Shown here: positions 13,142 to 25,624 of the stretch, piece after piece
Layout of the letters: every line of letters starts with the position of its first letter
Position numbering within the stretch: position 1 is the first letter of the stretch
Source: Moniliella sp. 'wahieum'
Lineage: Eukaryota
Assembly: GCA_003971905.1 (NCBI GenBank)
Contig: RSEE01000033.1
Location: forward strand, 372,001-436,000
DNA length: 64,000 nucleotides
Direction: 5' to 3'
Translations under genes and position numbers: made by a program
The notes under the pieces: generated by a model
Told to the model about the DNA's origin: nothing
What the model saw: the letters and a program-made list of their open reading frames with translations, nothing else
Databases searched by the model: none

Positions 13142-13632
13142 GCATGGCATCTAACGTCGCTGCATGTCACTCCTCCGTCTAACCTTGATACCCCTCCCAC
13201 ATCACGTTGTTCGCGTTAAAACGTACGTTTCGCCCATGCTGTTTGCACTGTACATCCGGATATGTTTACAAGTACCATTAGTACAGCCTGGAATAGTGCC
13301 GCTCAGATATGTAGGCACACAAAGGGAGAGTCGGCGTTGACCCAGAAAGAAGGCAGGAGTTGAATAGAGGAAGGCGCCTGAGTATACGATGTCGGCGAAC
13401 GCTCCGGGACCCTTGAGCCCTTGCAAGGCATCAGCGCGGGCATGTGCGGGTTGACGTCGACCTTTAAAGCGTGAAGTTTAACTAAACCATAACATAGCGC
13501 GGACCTCAAGTGGTTATTGACCACCCCTAGGTCTGATAAGCACAAGGCTAACCCCGAAGTGTCTCGAACAGAAAGATGGTTATGCGGAAGACAGCGAGAT
13601 GATGATGCAGACATGGGCGACATCATTGGAGA

Positions 13633-14376
13633 TCACCTAAAGGACGAGCCGGGTTTGCGTGCGGTCAGCCACCTCATCGTAGCATCGATGTTGGCTTGGC
13701 TCTTGGAAGAAATGGAATAACAGCTGACCTCTCGTCCGCGAATGGAAGCCAAATTCATCACACGAATTACGTCGTCCACCTCTACCGCGCCAGGGAGATC
13801 GTTCTTGGTGGCAACCACAAGTAATGGGATCCCAGAAAGTTGGGGTCGCTGAAGCAGGTGGAAAAGCTCCTCGGTTGCCACGTTCCACAAATTCTCCGAG
13901 TCGCTCTCAGCTGGTGACGAGGGTGCGGTTACTGCTGGAGGGCTGCCTGGAGGGAGGTCGTCATCCTCAGGAGCTAAGAGGAATGAGCCTCCTTGAGTGG
14001 ATCTGGCGGCTGGGCGGCTTGAGCCTTCTGCTTGGCCTGGGTCTGGCGCGCGTAGGTTTTAGGCAGCGGGATGGACGCATCCACCACATAGACAATGGCC
14101 GCCACGCCGGTACAATATCGTGCCCACAGAGGTCGATAGCGAGCCTGACCGCCGAGATCCCATACGCGCAGGGTGCTGGATCCCGCGCGGATTTGGTGCA
14201 TCTGGAAGCCGGTGGTGCGTACCACTTGGTCGCTAAACTCACCAGAGGCAAGCACACGGCACAGGCTCGTCTTGCCCGCTAGAGCCAGGCCAACACAGGC
14301 GATCTCCAGCTCCTTGGTGAAGAGAAGCGAGCGCAGACCGTCCACAACCGATTGCCATAGCGCCCATAGGGTCCAT
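13633..14376 (-). CDS. ARL8: Arf-like small GTPase ARL8 with internal insertion
   Basis: LRSLLFTKELEIACVGLALAGKTS, WDLGGQARYRPLWARYC, IVYVVDAS, GIPLLVVATKNDL, REVSCYSIS. Start approximate. Confidence 0.85.
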
Positions 14377-15291
14377 GTTGGAGTGCGGGGACAGGCGCTA
14401 GCAGGACGGGAAGGGCGGAGAGGTGCAAAGCGTATGTTGAGAAGGTTGGGCTCAACGCGGGGGAAGCTGTTTGGGGTGCGATCGCAGCAGACGGGGAAGG
14501 GTGCGGCCGATGTGGTGTGGGCGGAGGGCGGTGCCCAACGAGACGGGCGATGCAGCGGACGCGAGGAGGGCAGGCAGGGTAAGCAAGCACCAGGAGCTTT
14601 ATTCACCACGTCTGGATCGGGGCCGGGCGTTGGGTTCAGCGGCTTGCAGGCGGTCGCCCAGGCGGCCGAGCCGAAGCCCCACGTTAGCGACGCTGTGATG
14701 CGTCATGCATCATGGCCAGCCCCAGCACACACTGCTGTTCTGCGGACGGGGGGGGCGTGGCTAGGGTTGTCTGTGTCACCTATGCTGCTGCTGCTGCGCA
14801 GAAGGACACAGAGCCCAGGCACGCGTCACCAGCCCAGTCACCGTGCAATCACGCGCCCTGGGGAGCAGAAACCCTATCGGCGCCCCGAGTGCCCCCCTGC
14901 GCAAGCGCTCGCTGGGATGCTATCTAATCGATAATCTCGCTGGGCTGGCAGTGGGGCTGATGCATGAGTATGATGTATGGTGCATGATGGGCAGCCGACA
15001 CGGACGCAGCCATGCTCTGCTGTGCTTCGCTGGAAGCGCTTGGCTGCTGAGGGATGCCTCCGCGCCCGATCGCACATGCAGAGCGTCGTAGCCGGCGGCA
15101 AGGCCAGGCAGCGCAGGCCCAGGCACAGGCACGAGACACACCAGCACGCGGTCATGAATCAAATTAGTCGCTCGTAGCTCGGATCTTGTGAGGGCGTTCG
15201 TGAGGCCCGCCAGCTCGGGCGTCTCCGCGTCGTCTGCTAGCCTCCTCCCACTTGCCTTCCCTCTCCGGTCCAGCCCTGCCCGCTAGCCCTG

Positions 15292-17927
15292 ATGCTGTCC
15301 AACCTGTTTCAGCCGTCGGAGATCAAGATCCACCTGCTCCAAAACGTCATCTTCCTCCACCCCCCGGAAGGAGGCCGCTGCAGAACCAGGCGGAGGATGC
15401 GCCGCCTCAGACCGATGATGAGCTGGTTCGTGGCCTTGTCGAGCTCCATGTTCCCAGCGATAGGTACATCGGCGGCATCCGCGTCCGCCTGCGCGGTTCC
15501 GAAACGGTAGGCGTCATGGACCCCTCCATCAACGCCCCCATCCCCACCAGTTGGGATGAGCGCATCATCATGGACAAGACACTTGAAATGGGTGTTCCCG
15601 CCCGCCACTCGACACGGAACAGTCGCTCCCACTCCCGTGCTCACTCCCCGCAGGTGGATCGGAGCCAAAGCCGGAGCCGGCGCGATAGCATTGACAGCGC
15701 CGATACGGAGACCCGAGGCAGGGCTTCGTCCCGCGCGGCGAGTCGGTCGCGGCGAGACCAGAGCGTAACAGGCCTGGCCAGCGCTTTGGCAGCGGCCATG
15801 CGAGGGCGCTCCTCTTCACGCGCCGCCGCACCGCGGAGCCTCAGCAAATCCTCTCGTCCGCTCTCTCCACCCAGTCGTGGTCCATTGGGCAATCGTGATG
15901 CCTCGTTGGGAGCCTGGCATCTGGTCCGGGACGCAGGAGCATGTCGATGCATCGGCACAGCCAATCCCTTTCGTGGGCGACCAAACCTTGATGATGAGGA
16001 TGCGCGTGGTCGACCGGTTCACCGACCATCTATAGTGCCCGAGGAAGGTGGTCCCTCAGATGCTGGCGAGCGGCATACCTCCTCTCACCCGCCATTTTGG
16101 TCTGCTCCACACACTCACACAATTCACCTCACGAGCCCCGTTCCTCCAGTGTAGGAATCTTCGACCGTTCAATCTCCCGCCCTCGACAGGAGCACGACAA
16201 TGGCGAGGATGCCGAGCACGAGGGAATGTTTGTCGCCAAGGGTATTCATGGGTGCGTTTCTTTCTTTTTTTCTCCCTTTGCTACTGCTTTGGTTAACCAC
16301 CCGGACCCAGGTTTGAGTTTGCTTTTATCCTCCCTTCAGACTGTGCCCCGTTTGAGCGGTCTCCTTATGGAAGAGTGTCCTACATGATCAAGGCCACTGC
16401 CATTGGGGCCGGCCGAGCGAAAAGCAATGTCGATGCCATTCGGGAAATCTTCCCCATGACAGTGCCCAGCATCGAGTCACCCTCGACAGCTTTGGCGGTC
16501 ATGTACCATGATCTTCACCCCACCGTTGGACTGCTCAGCATCGCTTGCACTTCCAATAACATCTCTGTTGGGGGATCTTCAATATCGACGTACATTCGCC
16601 CACCGCGCCTCCGGATCTCATTGTCTACATGGTACGCATCTCCCTCGAGACGCAGGTGGAGCTGCACACGGCCAAGCAAGGCAAACAGTTGGTTCCGCTC
16701 ATCAAGCACCGTCTCTTTGAGAAGGGTTTCATCCCCTATGCCCCTTCTGATATGGAACCGCCACAAGCTAAAGAGCGAATCGTTCGCTGGTGTGGAAGTA
16801 GCGATGCTTGGTCGGTTCAGGGAATTGCTCGCATGCCCAATGACGACGTCATTCGGCCTACCACTCTGTCTGGGTCCAAGGGCGATATCCGTTTCTCTCC
16901 CTCTCTTACGGTGGAGATCATCCACTCTCGCGACCCTGCACTGGAGGATCTACCAGCCGAATCCGATCGGCGACTCAAGGCCTTCACTTTGCGCCAGCCC
17001 GTCATCATCCCTTCGTGCTGTGTCGCCTACAGCGCCGTGACACTGCCAAGGTACGAGGAGAAACCAGCATCGTCCACCACGAAAGCTCCGAACCACATGT
17101 ACCACGTGCCGGATGCCTTGCTTCAGCAAAAAGAGTCGCCGTGGTCCGTCGCTGCGGGCCCGCTTCAGCCTGGTGGACATGAATTCTGTGTATGCGGCAT
17201 GAGCCTGGCCGATTTGGAGGCCCAGGAGCAAATGTTCTGCCTAGGACGCCCGGGTATGATGTGCCGATCAACAAAGTACGCCACCGGGGAAAAATTGGCG
17301 AATATGCCCCAGTGAGCAACTCGGCTTTGCATCGGAAACCCTTGGTTGAACCATCTTCCTCCAAGAGTGCCTCGGCCCCGCCGCCAGCGTCAAGTTCGAG
17401 TGTCCAGACGCCTCTCCTGCCCGTCCGGCGAAGCTGCCGTTTCTCAAGCCCTGTCGGATCCGTCCGATTCGCACCAGGATACACCTAGGAGGCAGCCCAA
17501 TCATCTTCTCTCCATGTCCAGTAGCGAAGGGGAGGAGAAAGGAAAAGAGGGTGCCCATTTCGTCCACGTCTCCGACCCTTCTCAGTCCAGGACTAGCGTA
17601 CAAGACAACCTTGATGGGTCAACGGGACCTAGGATGCCTCTCGCCCCCACGCCCCGCGGCTCCAGAATGAGTACGCCTAGCCGAAGCATGTCCCGCTCCC
17701 AATCTCGCGCGCGATCTCAACAGGCCAACGTAGCCGATGCAATCCCGCGCCTCAACTCGCTGGTTGAAACAAGCGAGAATGACAACTTGCCGCCTTCGTA
17801 TGACTCGGTGGCGAACCAACCCCAAGAGAAGGTCCAGGTGGACAGCGAAGAAGAACGAGGGCGTACGTGGTCCCGTCATTCCCAAGCTGTTGTTGACGTA
17901 GGAAGTACTGGGCAATGTGACGGGTAG
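15292..17927 (+). CDS. Arrestin-fold (alpha-arrestin-like) protein
   Basis: IKIHLLQNVIFLHPP, LVRGLVEL..DRYIGGIRVRLRG, KGIHG/FEFAFILPSDCAPFERSPYGRVSYMIKATA, IARMPNDDVIRPTTL, C-terminal LPPSY motif. Intron 16252-16310; multiple frameshifts. Confidence 0.7.
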
Positions 17928-18702
17928 CAATCTCCCTTGCGACGGATCTGCTTGAGGAAAATAACATCTTTTTATGCGGGTTAATGTGCACCTGCAAAAT
18001 GGCTGATATGCGTCTTCAGGAAGAAGAACATAGGAGCAGGAAGGGAACCAACGCAAACAATCGGCATTGCAGTTAATGTAACCGCAGTAGTATGAGCGAA
18101 CACTACAGCTGCTGAATGGTTCCGCGAACCTCATCCTATCGTCTGTGGGCGAACTTGGCCGATAGCCTCAACCAAACCGGCCCTTTCAGCCTCGGTGTGG
18201 TTGGGAAGAATATCGAGATGCCATGTCGGCCATCGAGCGGAGAGCCGAGTGATGGTTGTGGACACTGGATATTACTACTAAGTACTAAGGGGGAGACCGT
18301 ATGCGGGCCAAGGGCGGCAGGTGCGGCTGGGGAAGCCCTCACGTGTGTGATGGCATCAGACATGCGACATGTGATGTGACATGGGCCGAGCGACATGCGA
18401 GCATGTGGCTGCCTTCCGCCCTTCCGCCCCGCCTGGCGCAGCTTCCGCCCGCCGCCAGCGGCACCTGCCAGCGCAAGCAAGCAAGCACGGCATGCACTGG
18501 CGCCGTGCTGGACGCTGCATGAGCTGGCCGTCGCGCCGCGGGGGGCAGTGTCAATGCGGTTCTCGTAAGCATTGGGCGCCGGAAGACGCCCGCTGCTGGC
18601 TGCCAGCGGCCGCCCGTCCCGCCCGCCACGCTCGCGACCCACCCAGCCCAGCCAGCTAGCTCCGTTTGCTGCCTGCCACCCCGCCTGCCTCTTCTTCACG
18701 CC

Positions 18703-19673
18703 ATGCTCCCCATCGCTGCCCGCTCCCTCGCCCAGGTACGTTTCCCTTTGCCTGCCTTTTTCCGTTCTCGTCCTGCTCTGGATGCTCTGCGTGCCTTGCG
18801 TGCTCGGGGTGCTGTGCCTCGTGGGTCCTGCTCTCCTCGATGGTTGTGCTTCCGCCCCTGCCTCATCCGCCAGCCCACTCGGCTCAGAATGCTGGCAACA
18901 CCAGCATGCGTTGCTCGGGCTGCGCCATATGCCATCCATTCTAGCGCGGCTGCGACCCAATAAGCAGGAGCAGGAGGGCGCGGACGGAAGAGGCGGCCTC
19001 GCCTCCCCCCACCCCCGCTGGGGAAAGTAGGAAGACAACCAACCAACTGACATGCTATGTGCAGGCTTCGCGCCAGGCCACGCGTGGTTACGCCACGGCG
19101 GCCGTCAAGGCTCCTGTCCAGATCCCTGGTTTGGCCGGCACGTATGCCACTTCGGTGTTTGTCGCTGCGCTGCAGCAGTCGGAAAAGACGCTGAAGCAGG
19201 TGGAGACGGACTTGACCACGCTCTCGAGTGCGCTGAAGGAGCACCCCGACATCCTGCTGGGTCTCAGCAACCCGACGCTGTCCATTGCCCAGCGCCTCGA
19301 CATCATCTCTGCCCCACTTCAATCGCCTTCGGGGATCACCAAGAACCTGTTCACGGTGCTTGCCGAGAACAACCGTCTGAGCGAGACGGAGGCGGTGATT
19401 GAGGGCTTCCACGAGCTGATGGCTGCCCACCGTGGAGAGAAGGAGGTGACCATCACCTCTGCCACAGAGCTGGACTCGGCTTCGCTCAAGCGCCTGCAAA
19501 AGGCGCTTGACAAGGCCTCTGTCGCCGAGGGCGGGGCCACGGTCAAGTACATCACCAAGGTCGACCCCACTCTCGAGGGCGGCTTGACGATCGAGTTCAA
19601 CGGCAAGACCCTTGACCTGTCTGTCGCTTCGCGCGTCCAGAAGCTCAACGCTCTCCTCAGCGAGACGGTGTAA
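18703..19673 (+). CDS. ATP5: Mitochondrial ATP synthase OSCP subunit
   Basis: Exon 1 MLPIAARSLAQ (18703-18735), intron 18736-19064 (GTACGT..CTGAC..CAG), exon 2 ...GLAGTYATSVF...NLFTVLAENNRL...VTITSA...DPTLEGGL..KTLDLSV. Confidence 0.95.
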
Positions 19674-20705
19674 AGTAAAGGAGGGATTCCATGTGCTTGG
19701 ATGCCTTTGACTGCCCTACGTTGCAGGGCCTGCCAAGGCTCGTATGCCTCTCTATACAACATCACCTTGCGCCAGCTACTGTGCGGGTTGTTTGGACGTA
19801 GTGGATCTGGACTTGGCTCTGAGCTATAGAGGCCTAATCATCGACTTGTCTTGCCCGTACACGTTTAGTTTCCGAGGGCATCTGCACCTCAAAACCCAGG
19901 ACAGGTGGCTGGGTTAACTTGAGAAACACCCGCATGAAACAGTACAGATGGGTGGCCGCTTGATGGCGGTCCGTGGTGCCTTTGTGCAAGGGGGGGGCCA
20001 AAACAGGTTTTGCCCTCTGCATCCAGTAGGGGGAACAAATTCCTCCACAGACGAAGAAGCAGAACGAATGCGTTATGTCCTGGTTTCACCGTGGGGTCGA
20101 GTGTGCCTCCGAACTCGTCCATTCCTATGGGTGGCACGGCCTGCTTCTGGCGCTTTTTAGACAGGTAGAGTAACCGCGCCTCCTATACATATACATCAAT
20201 CCTCCCCTCACGACACTCCGCGCCTCCTGCCGCTATGCGCACCATCGAGACGAGAGTTCCCTTTTTGCATAGACACAACTAGAGCAACTCTCGTCTCTCT
20301 CGCGCCTCTTTCCTAACCAGAAACCTGTGCGCCAAAATCTCCGTCTTCCCCAAAGCGAAACGAACCTGTGCGTCGGGTCTTACAAGCACAAAGAATCAAT
20401 GCACAACAGTGTAAGCACGCTTTGGTCCAACGATGAGTCACTAGAATCACACCTGGTTCGAGGAAAGCATGCTGCGGTTCCGCGCAGTTTGAATAGTCCC
20501 AGTCGGAGGTTAGGTTCCCTAAGGCGACAGAGACCAGAGCCGAGATAAAAAGGTTGGGGGATGCAGCGATCACGTTGGTGAACGAACGAGAAGAAGCAAG
20601 AGCAGACAGGTGCATGATGGAAAAGCATAAGAAAGGACAGAAAGAGGCAGAGACGTTGGGCATGGGCGCGAGATGAGCAAGTAGGACAACCCTCGAATGT
20701 TGGAT

Positions 20706-20930
20706 AGACTAACAAGAGATGGAGAGGGGGGAAAGGATGAGGATCATATTCATCAAGCGGACAGAAGGCGAGGTATATATGGCTCGGAGAAGAAGAGAAC
20801 AGGCGAGCAAGTCACGGAGGAAGAAGAGGAGCATAATCAAAGGGGGGATACAGGGTCTAGAACAAATCAGCTAGGGACCAGTTAACTTGGCGATCAAACG
20901 TGATTAAGTGGGTCTAATCCGACATAGGCA
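20706..20930 (+). repeat. Dispersed repeat copy A (inverted relative to copy B at ~47630-47860); probable decayed mobile element
   Basis: Shared blocks with the reverse complement of copy B: GGAAAGGATGAGGATCATATTCATC, GGCGAGGTATATATG, CTCGGAGAAGAAGAGAACA, ACAGGGTCTAGAACAAATCA. Confidence 0.8.
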
Positions 20931-21766
20931 CACAGCGAACGCACACCTGGTAATGGGTGTTCCATGAGAGGAGGCGGGGGGGATGGACGAAACTTCTTCG
21001 CCTGGTTTGCTCGCCTCCGACAAGTTGGCGTGCTTGGCCGAACGCTGGCAACGCAACTGGATCTGGCGGTCAGACACGATTGGGGCGAGAGGCCGAGAGG
21101 GCCTGGGATACGCAAAAGGAGATGGGAATACAGCTATAGGCTGGCTTCCGGTAGAGTGGCACGTGACTCGCTAGTGATTGCGATTCGAAGAGTACCAATG
21201 TCCATCGGCGGTGGCCGGAGGGTGCATGCAGATCCGGTGGGCACGCTAGTCAGACTGGTGGGCGTGCTGGACGACCAACTGGGCCAAACGGGGAGCGGCG
21301 GAGGACGTTTGTTGAACGTTGAATTTGGTACTTGGGGCGGCCGCGGCCGCTTTCACGCCCTTCTGCAAGGGATGGCGCGCATGCATGCATGCATCACCCA
21401 TCCGCCTGCGGCAGCCACACGCTTGATGCTGCAGTGCATCAGCCAGCGCTGTGGATGAGTGATGCATGATGAGGCTGCTCGGCCGAGGCCGAGGCTGCGC
21501 GGGACGCTGGCTGGCGCTGGAAGCGGCAGGCCGAGGCAGGATCTGGGCTCACTCTTGGCTGCCAGGCTGGTTGATGGGGCACTGGCACTGCCACTGCCCC
21601 ACCCCATCCCCAGCACACGCTGGCCCGTGGCATGCAACCCAACATGTGAAAGTGCAACCGCTGGCTCAGCCATAACCCATCCTGCCACCCGCCTCAAAAC
21701 CCCACACCCTGCCCCCGCTCTCGCGTCTCTGCCCCGCACCACCCCCACTCTCTCCGCTGCCCCCCC

Positions 21767-24105
21767 ATGGTAGACGCCACCTCTGCTCCGACCAACGTCT
21801 TTGGTCAGACCCTGCCCACCGAGCCCGCCTTCACCCCCGAGCAGCGCAAGGTACGCTCCTTCCCTTTGCCTTCTCACATCCGACCTGAGGCCTGACCGTC
21901 CCCCCCCCCCTGCCCAGGTCATCCTGGCCATCGGCGATGTCGGCGTGCAAGCTCTGAGCGGGGCCGAGGCCGCCGAGGTGGAGGCATCCCTGCCTCCTAC
22001 CGCGTCCGAGGAACAACGCGCCGCCTTGAGCCAGTATGCCACCACCACCGTTCTCTGCATTTCAGGACGAAGTGATTCCGGCCATTGAGCGCCTCGTTAC
22101 CCTCTCGCTCCCCCCCGCTCTCCAGGGCGAAATCAAACTTCTGCTTACCCTTCTCTCGACACGGGCGGGCTCCTTGTTGCTGACTGGCTCCCCCGTTGCC
22201 TTTCCGGACCAAACGGTTGCGCAGCGCCAGGCCGTGCTCCACTCGTGGCGTTCCTCGCGCTTTCTTGCTCTCCGCAAGGCGGGTTCGGGCTTGTTGGCAA
22301 TCTGCCTGCTTTCATTTTACCGTGCTGTGCCCTTTGCCCAGCGCGCGGCAGGGTACCCCATCGGCCCGGCCACCGACTATGCGCAGTACAGGCCCAGCTC
22401 GCAGGCCGCCCAGAGGAGGAGTCTACCCGTACCGCTTCCTCAACGACGCCTTGTCCCCCTCGGGCCCGCTCGAGGTGGAGACGGAGGTGGTTGTGATTGG
22501 TTCGGGCTCGGGCGGGGCGGTGGCGGCAGCGCACATTGCTGCGGCCGGGCTCAATGTGGTCGTGGACAAGGGCATCTACCTGCACCCGGAGGACTATGAC
22601 GGGACGAGGCGCGCGGCTTCCGCAACCTGTACGATGGCGAGGGCGCTCTGATTTCCACCGATGGCGGCACGACCGTCTTGGCGGGCGCCACCTTTGGCGG
22701 CGGCAGTACGGTCAATTGGAGTGCCTGTCTCAAACCGCGTGCGTTTGTGCGCCGTGCCTGGTCCAAAGGCTTTGGCGTGCCCTACTTTGCTTCGCCTCAG
22801 TTTACCGCCGACTTGAACTTTGTGTGTGCGCGCATGGGCGCCAGCACGGCCCACACGCACCACAACTTGGCCAACAGTCTGCTCGCCCTGGGCTCGCAGC
22901 GCAACGGAATGGAAGTGCTGCCCGTTCCGCAAAATGCCGGAGAGCACGCCCACTATTGCGGCAAGTGCCTCTACGGCTGCCCCGCCAACGAGAAGCAAGG
23001 TGCGATCAACACGTGGCTCAAGGATGCCGCCGAGAAGGGAGCCGAGTTTATGACGCAGACCAGTGTGGAGCGGGTCTTGTTTGAGGACAAGGCCGAGCCG
23101 CAACGCGCCACGGGCGTCCAAGCCACCGTCCAGGGACGGCCAGTTACCATTCGTGCCTCCAAGGCGGTGGTTGTTGCGGCTGGATCGATGCAGTCGCCGG
23201 CGGTGCTGCTGCGCACGCCGCAGCTCAAGGCCAACCGGGAGATTGGCCGCAACTTGCACTTGCATCCCATTACGATCGTCGTGGGCTTTTACGACTTTGC
23301 TGTCAACCCTTGGGAGGGGGGCTTGCTCACCATGGTCAACAATGCGGCGGAACTGGTGGATGCGCAAGGCTGGGGGGCCAAGGTGGAGGTGATTGCGTCG
23401 GCGCCGAGCTTGAATGCCGCGCTCTTGTCCCGGGTGGGCGTGGAGCACAAGAAGCTCATGATGCGGTACAAGCACTCGTTTGCGCTGCTTGTGCTCACGC
23501 GCGACCGCGAGGGAGGCCAGGTCACTGTCGACTCGGAAGGACGGATGCAGTTCTCGTACACCTTGTCGCCGCACGACGAGCGCAGCCTGGTCAAAGGCAT
23601 GCTCGTCGCCGCCGATGTGCACATGAGCGCAGGCGCACGCGCAGTGTACACGGGGCAGGTCGGTGTGGACGGGTTTGTGGTGGGGGAAGATGTGCTGTCG
23701 GCGCAAGGGGGAGACGACACCGGTGCCCGGCACGACCTACCCGCCCGAGGCGCTGCAGCGGGACCTGTCCAATCCGCGCTACCAGGCGTGGCGCTCCCAA
23801 GTCGAGAGCTACGGCTTCCCCCGGCTCAGCACGGCCATTGGTTCGGCGCATCAAATGTCGACGTGCCGGATGAGCAGCGACCCCAAGCGCGGCGTGTGCG
23901 ACCCGCTCGGCCGTGTCTATGGCGCAAAGGGACTCTATGTCGCCGATGCCTCGCTCATGCCCGAGGCGTCCGGGTGAACCCAATGGTGACCGCCATGGCG
24001 TGCGCCAAGCATGCGGCCCGGACGGTGGTGTCGGACGCCGGGCGGAGCCAAGGTGGGCAGCCGCCCTCGCTGGCAGCGGCAGGGGCGGGCGCCAGCAAGC
24101 TGTAA
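21767..24105 (+). CDS. Long-chain fatty alcohol oxidase (GMC oxidoreductase)
   Basis: VVVIGSGSGG (FAD), AGATFGGGSTVNWSAC, HYCGKCLYGC, IGRNLHLHP, SAHQMSTCRM, LYVADASLMPEASGVNPMVT; ends in SKL. Intron 21851-21917; frameshifts. Confidence 0.92.
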
Positions 24106-25624
24106 AGCGCTGTGGAGATGGGCTCTGTGCCCAGGGGGATGGTTTGGTTGGGGAACGGCGGGGGTCTCCTGGCCAGGCGGTGGCGAGGGTGGTGCGATCC
24201 TCTTGCTTTTCTTGTCGTCTCACTCTCTGTTTATGCGTAGGTGCATGATGCATGCGGGCAGTGGGGATGCTACTGGGCCATGGAGGGGCTTGCATGCACC
24301 CTGTTATGTGCATCATTAATCACGAAGAAATTCTAATGGCCTGAATGAGGGTTTATCGCGGCTGGCCAGCCTCGTTTGGGAGTTAGGAGGAACAGAAGAA
24401 GGAAGCGACGGGGGAAGATGCTAGACGCGTGCAGGCCGTGGATTCGTCCGATTCGTGGCGCAGGCGGAGCTGAGCAGAGCAGCATCGCGCCCGAACAACG
24501 TCCGCAGCTATTCGTCTTGGGCTGTCGTGGCAGAGGCGTGGATTGGGGGGTGGTTAGCCACGCGATCCAGGCAAGTGCATCTGAGAAGCGGAACGTTGAG
24601 ACGTGGTGTTGAACTGGGTTGGGCGGAATGGTTGAGCTCAGCAGGCATGCATATGCAACCTGCCAGCGCGGCAGTGTGACATGTGAGGGGCTAGTGACGC
24701 GTCAGGGACACAGCAGTCACTGGACCAGTCACGCGTCACGAGCCACTGCCCCCGTGCCTGCTGCCAGGAGGTTGTCATTAGTCCCTCGCGCGCCGTCTTG
24801 TCACCACGTCACGCGTCACCCCTCCCGCCTCACCCGCCCACCACTCGCGTCGGGCGGAGCAGTGCAAGCGGCCATGCTGGATGCCCCGCCGTCGCGCTGG
24901 CCGCTGCCCGCCTCGTTGGGCGCTGGGCGGGCTGGCCAGCACGGCCACGCATCGCCGTCGCCCCACAGGCGCCGCGGCACGCGGGCAAATATGACGTCAA
25001 CGCATGACGTATTTGTTTGGCCGACCATCCATCATCCATCAGCGCTCAGCCATCGCGGCGGCTCAGCATGCAGCACGCCTGCCCAGCCAGCACCCCGGCA
25101 CAGGCCCCGTGGCCCCCCGCGTGGGGAGCTGCACCTTGAAGCGTGTGTAATGCGCGCGACCGGTGATCTGCCCCGGGCAGGCAGGCGAGCCGGCAGCAGA
25201 CCAGTGCCAGCAGAGGGGGCACCTGGCCAGCGTGCCGCACGCGCCCGCATGGGCAGCAGGACGCAAGGCGCTGGAGGGGGCGGCGCGGGGGCGGTGTGGG
25301 CGCGGTGCACCCGCGGTCGCGCCGCCACAGCAGGCCAGCAGGCCACGGCGGGCGTGGCAGCGCGCGCACACCGCCCAGCATCCACCCGCGCCCACGCAGC
25401 CCAGCAGGCGGCCACTCCGCACTCACCCTCGCTGTCACCCGTCGCCCTGGCTCTTGGGCGGCGCAGCGCCTGCCCCCGTCGCTGCGTCGCCCAGCCTCAG
25501 CGGCCCCCTCGCCCCAGCCCATTGCGACCGCCGCTCCGTCTCGCGCCCCCCACCTCCTCCTCGCCTCTCCCTCCGCCGCCCCACCCCCGCCGCCTCCGAC
25601 AGCGTGCTGCCCGCCGCCCGCAGG

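Noticed and set aside
13303..13632. In-frame ORF after the ARL8 TGA (stop read-through extension)
   Set aside because: The stop context is TGA TCT, not the TGA CTA read-through motif; the extension has no PTS1 or coding character.
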